DNA from: Pseudogymnoascus verrucosus
Lineage: Eukaryota
Strand: one strand, 5' to 3'
Assembly (NCBI GenBank): GCA_001662655.1
Contig: KV460206.1
DNA: 64,000 nucleotides
This document shows positions 61,316-64,000 of this stretch, in pieces. The position numbers and the translations under genes were made by a program. The notes below the pieces were generated by a model, which worked only from the letters and a program-made list of their open reading frames with translations, made no database searches and was not told the DNA's origin. Each line of letters starts with the position of its first letter. Positions within the stretch are counted from its first letter, which is position 1.

Positions 61316-61782
61316 GATTTTATTCCAGCAATAGACTCCACCAGCACAGATGTAGTCCTTAAACGCTTTTTCCTCAGTGGGATTTTTTGTAAGGGTTGGC
61401 GAAACTGGATCAAGTGGATCCAATTGTAATCTCGGTTCGGCCCATTCCTGACATCGCAAGGGAACTGGGAACGGCGATTGGCGTGGGATTGGGCTTTCTT
61501 TTAGACGTTGGAGACCGATTTTTTGGTTGATATGGGTGGGTAAAGAATATAAGCCCGGGAAATAGTTAGTGCTGTCATATTTTTTGAGTTTGCTCTGCGG
61601 CTCTAAGCCGCCCACACGACTTATGTACACGTATTTGAACCCTTTATACAAGTTATATATAAATACAAAACTTCCTATTCCAGTCCCAAGAAAAAAAATG
61701 AATGGAGCCAGAACAGAAAAGCAAATGCCGTTCTCTGAGGCCAGCCCCGATGGCTACTATGCGCCCGTAATATTTGAGCCAT

Positions 61783-62847
61783 TTAGCAAACATCCAGCGT
61801 GGCGCTGCCCGTGATGTCAAGCACAATGTTGGTACCACAAGGAGACTCGCGGACAGTGGTGCCATCGACTTTAAGATGGAGCTCAATATCATCGGTAAGC
61901 GCGAACTCGTCGCGGGCCGAGAGACGGACCTCTCCGCCTCCATTGACGGTGCCACCGCGGATGGTGACGCCGTAGCAGTTCTCAATAAGAATAGCATTGT
62001 TTCCGGTGTTAGAAATATCGACAGTACCAATCTCGGCGCCACCAGACTCCGAGACACAGAAGAAGCCACGGCCACCTCCCTTGGCGATGACCTTGTCGAC
62101 GAAGATGTTGGTCTCATATCCGCCGTTCAGTTTGCCGTTCTGGTTCGCGAAGCGGAGGGCAGCGTAGCCGGTACCGGCGCCGGCATTATCGGCGTCAACG
62201 AGGCCAACATGCGAATTGGTCGTCATCTGGAGCAGCAGACCGCACTCGCCGACGTTACGGGCGATGACCTCGTTTATGGTAAGACCATCGATGTTCCAGG
62301 TCTCGACGGCGTGGCTGGTAGCGCCAGTCACCTTGATGGAGTCCATCTTCACGTTTTTGTTTGCAGCCTCGTCACGGTCGAAGCGGATTCCAATACCACC
62401 GGTGAGGTTCATGACGATCTTGCCGAGCGACAGGTCGGTGGTACCGTAGAAGTGCATGGCGAAGTAGGGGGCGCCGGTCAGGCTCAGGTAAGGGATAGAG
62501 GCACCCTTTGTGTTCAGCGACTCGATGCCACCCCTCCCAGCCTTGTAGCCCAGATTAATAGTGCCACAGCCCTCGAAGATCTTGCCGCTGCCGATGGAGA
62601 TGATGTTGGTGCCAATGGAACCCGACGCCATCACGGCAACGCGCTCGCCGCTGGCAATGGCGCCGAGCGCAGCATTGATTGCGGCGAAGTAGTCTGAGCC
62701 GCTGTATACGCTGGAACCACCTTTGGTGGCCACATAGGCACCCGAAGAGCCTGTGACCTTGGCCTCAGGTGTACCAGCACCACAGTCGGCGGCATTGGTC
62801 AAGGAGATGAGGGCGAGTGCTGCTGCGAGGATGGATAGTCGGGCCAT
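61783..62847 (-). CDS. Secreted parallel beta-helix (pectin-lyase-like fold) protein
   Basis: Signal peptide MARLSILAAALALISLTNA. G/N/I/V-rich beta-helix periodicity (HAVETWNIDGLTI, GYAALRFAN, GGRGFFCVSESGG). Intronless. Confidence 0.75.
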   Translation of the reverse strand: MARLSILAAALALISLTNAADCGAGTPEAKVTGSSGAYVATKGGSSVYSGSDYFAAINAALGAIASGERVAVMASGSIGTNIISIGSGKIFEGCGTINLGYKAGRGGIESLNTKGASIPYLSLTGAPYFAMHFYGTTDLSLGKIVMNLTGGIGIRFDRDEAANKNVKMDSIKVTGATSHAVETWNIDGLTINEVIARNVGECGLLLQMTTNSHVGLVDADNAGAGTGYAALRFANQNGKLNGGYETNIFVDKVIAKGGGRGFFCVSESGGAEIGTVDISNTGNNAILIENCYGVTIRGGTVNGGGEVRLSARDEFALTDDIELHLKVDGTTVRESPCGTNIVLDITGSATLDVC

Positions 62848-64000
62848 GGTTGCAAATGAAGAGTCTAGCTTGGTTACCGTCTTGCTTCTCTTTGTGCTCC
62901 TCCAAAGGCTATGGCGGACGCCATCTCTTTATACACATAGTTTATGTTTTTCTCGCTCTTGTATGAACCGAAGTGCTTGTTGCAAAGTAATTACGGGATA
63001 ACAGACCCCGTATACGCTCTCGTATGTTTGACTTGTCCCCGCATTCTCCTCAATCTATGCCTGACTGCCAATTCTGCCAAGAGTATGATCTTGCCGCTGT
63101 GTAGATGCAGTGGCCGATCGTCTGCTCTTAAGTGGCGCGATATTGTGAGAACAACTACTCTTGTAATGAACGTGGCTCGGGTGAAAGCATGCACAAGACA
63201 TATATATTAAAGAAACTCTATATTCGCCAAATGCTGGTGAAGTTCACCGGGGGTGTCTGCCACGATGCAGCGAGGAACTATGAAACATTGGTCTCTTCCA
63301 AGGAAATAGTTAAGGGACGGAAACATGGAGGCATCATAGTGCATAAAAGAGTGATATATTAAACGGGGAAACTGTGGAAAATCGATTATCCACGTATGGG
63401 TGAAAGTATTTGAAAGATCGCCATCAGACAGCATGACAAAGTAAACGAAATAGGCAAGCGTGTTGTGGGGTAAATAGACTTAACTTGGCGGAACTCCCGC
63501 GGGCTGTCACGAAACGCCACCGGCATACAGATTGTGGAGAGCCAGTATTTGGCTTCAGGTCATTTAGAACAATTCTAGGTAGCATGGTAAATTCGGGTAA
63601 CGAATTATATTTTAATTCTTCTTGCACGGCTGCAATTATCCATTGAAAGAGACTTAAATAGTTCCTTAAAGCCGGAGTCGGAGCGAACATTTCATGATTC
63701 GCATGAATATCACTTCTAAAGCGGTCGATCCACACCGCCTTTAACTGCCGGCAGTATATACAGCGACACTCTAACATGGTACCGCCTCGACTCTATGTAT
63801 GAAACGAGGGTTTATGAAGCTTGGAGCTGTGCTCGAGTCTGTATAGCTTCTAAAATGTCACTTGAGATATAAAAAATAACTACAATATGGCAAGAATTCG
63901 TGTAGCAGACGTGTGCCGTGCCATATTTGCTCTAACAGACTCATCACATGATTGCAGGACTAATCAATGAATCATGCAGCATCCTTGTTTACAACCTTAA

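Noticed and set aside
61774..62697. 307-aa + strand ORF
   Set aside because: Antisense shadow of the secreted beta-helix gene, caused by codon bias.
44336..62847. Secondary-metabolite biosynthetic gene cluster
   Set aside because: SDR, OMT, TF and hydrolase are present, but there is no backbone synthase and the genes are interspersed with unrelated functions.
62944..64000. Short ORFs at the window end
   Set aside because: Overlapping short ORFs on both strands with no motif support.

Overview
Eukaryotic DNA from a filamentous ascomycete: spliceosomal GT-AG introns with CTRAC/CTAAT branch sites, Zn2Cys6 factors, HET and PTH11-like genes. The style suggests a Leotiomycete such as Pseudogymnoascus, but I cannot verify that. 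About 27 protein genes are supported. A conserved core (~9-44 kb) holds a Zn2Cys6 TF, GH13 amylase, DUO1, SurE-TTL/PBY1, complex I ESSS subunit, PMC1 Ca-ATPase, SIR2 and a FUSC/Bre4-like transporter. It is flanked by accessory-type regions (1-8 kb and 44-64 kb). There is one intron-containing tRNA-Leu(CAA), a 3'-half-only 5S rRNA gene and several minisatellites. Most notable: (i) the half 5S gene next to an AT-rich RIP-like tract, a candidate boundary of a 5S-targeting giant element (Starship-like); (ii) a small secreted-peptide gene that appears to use two consecutive 1-nt microexons; (iii) a stop codon embedded in a splice donor that could switch SurE alone vs the SurE-TTL fusion; (iv) an intronless fluoroacetate-dehalogenase-like gene with the full catalytic motif set; (v) an Upc2-like TF flanked by inverted CGTAT repeat arrays. 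All gene models were read by eye and no database searches were run.
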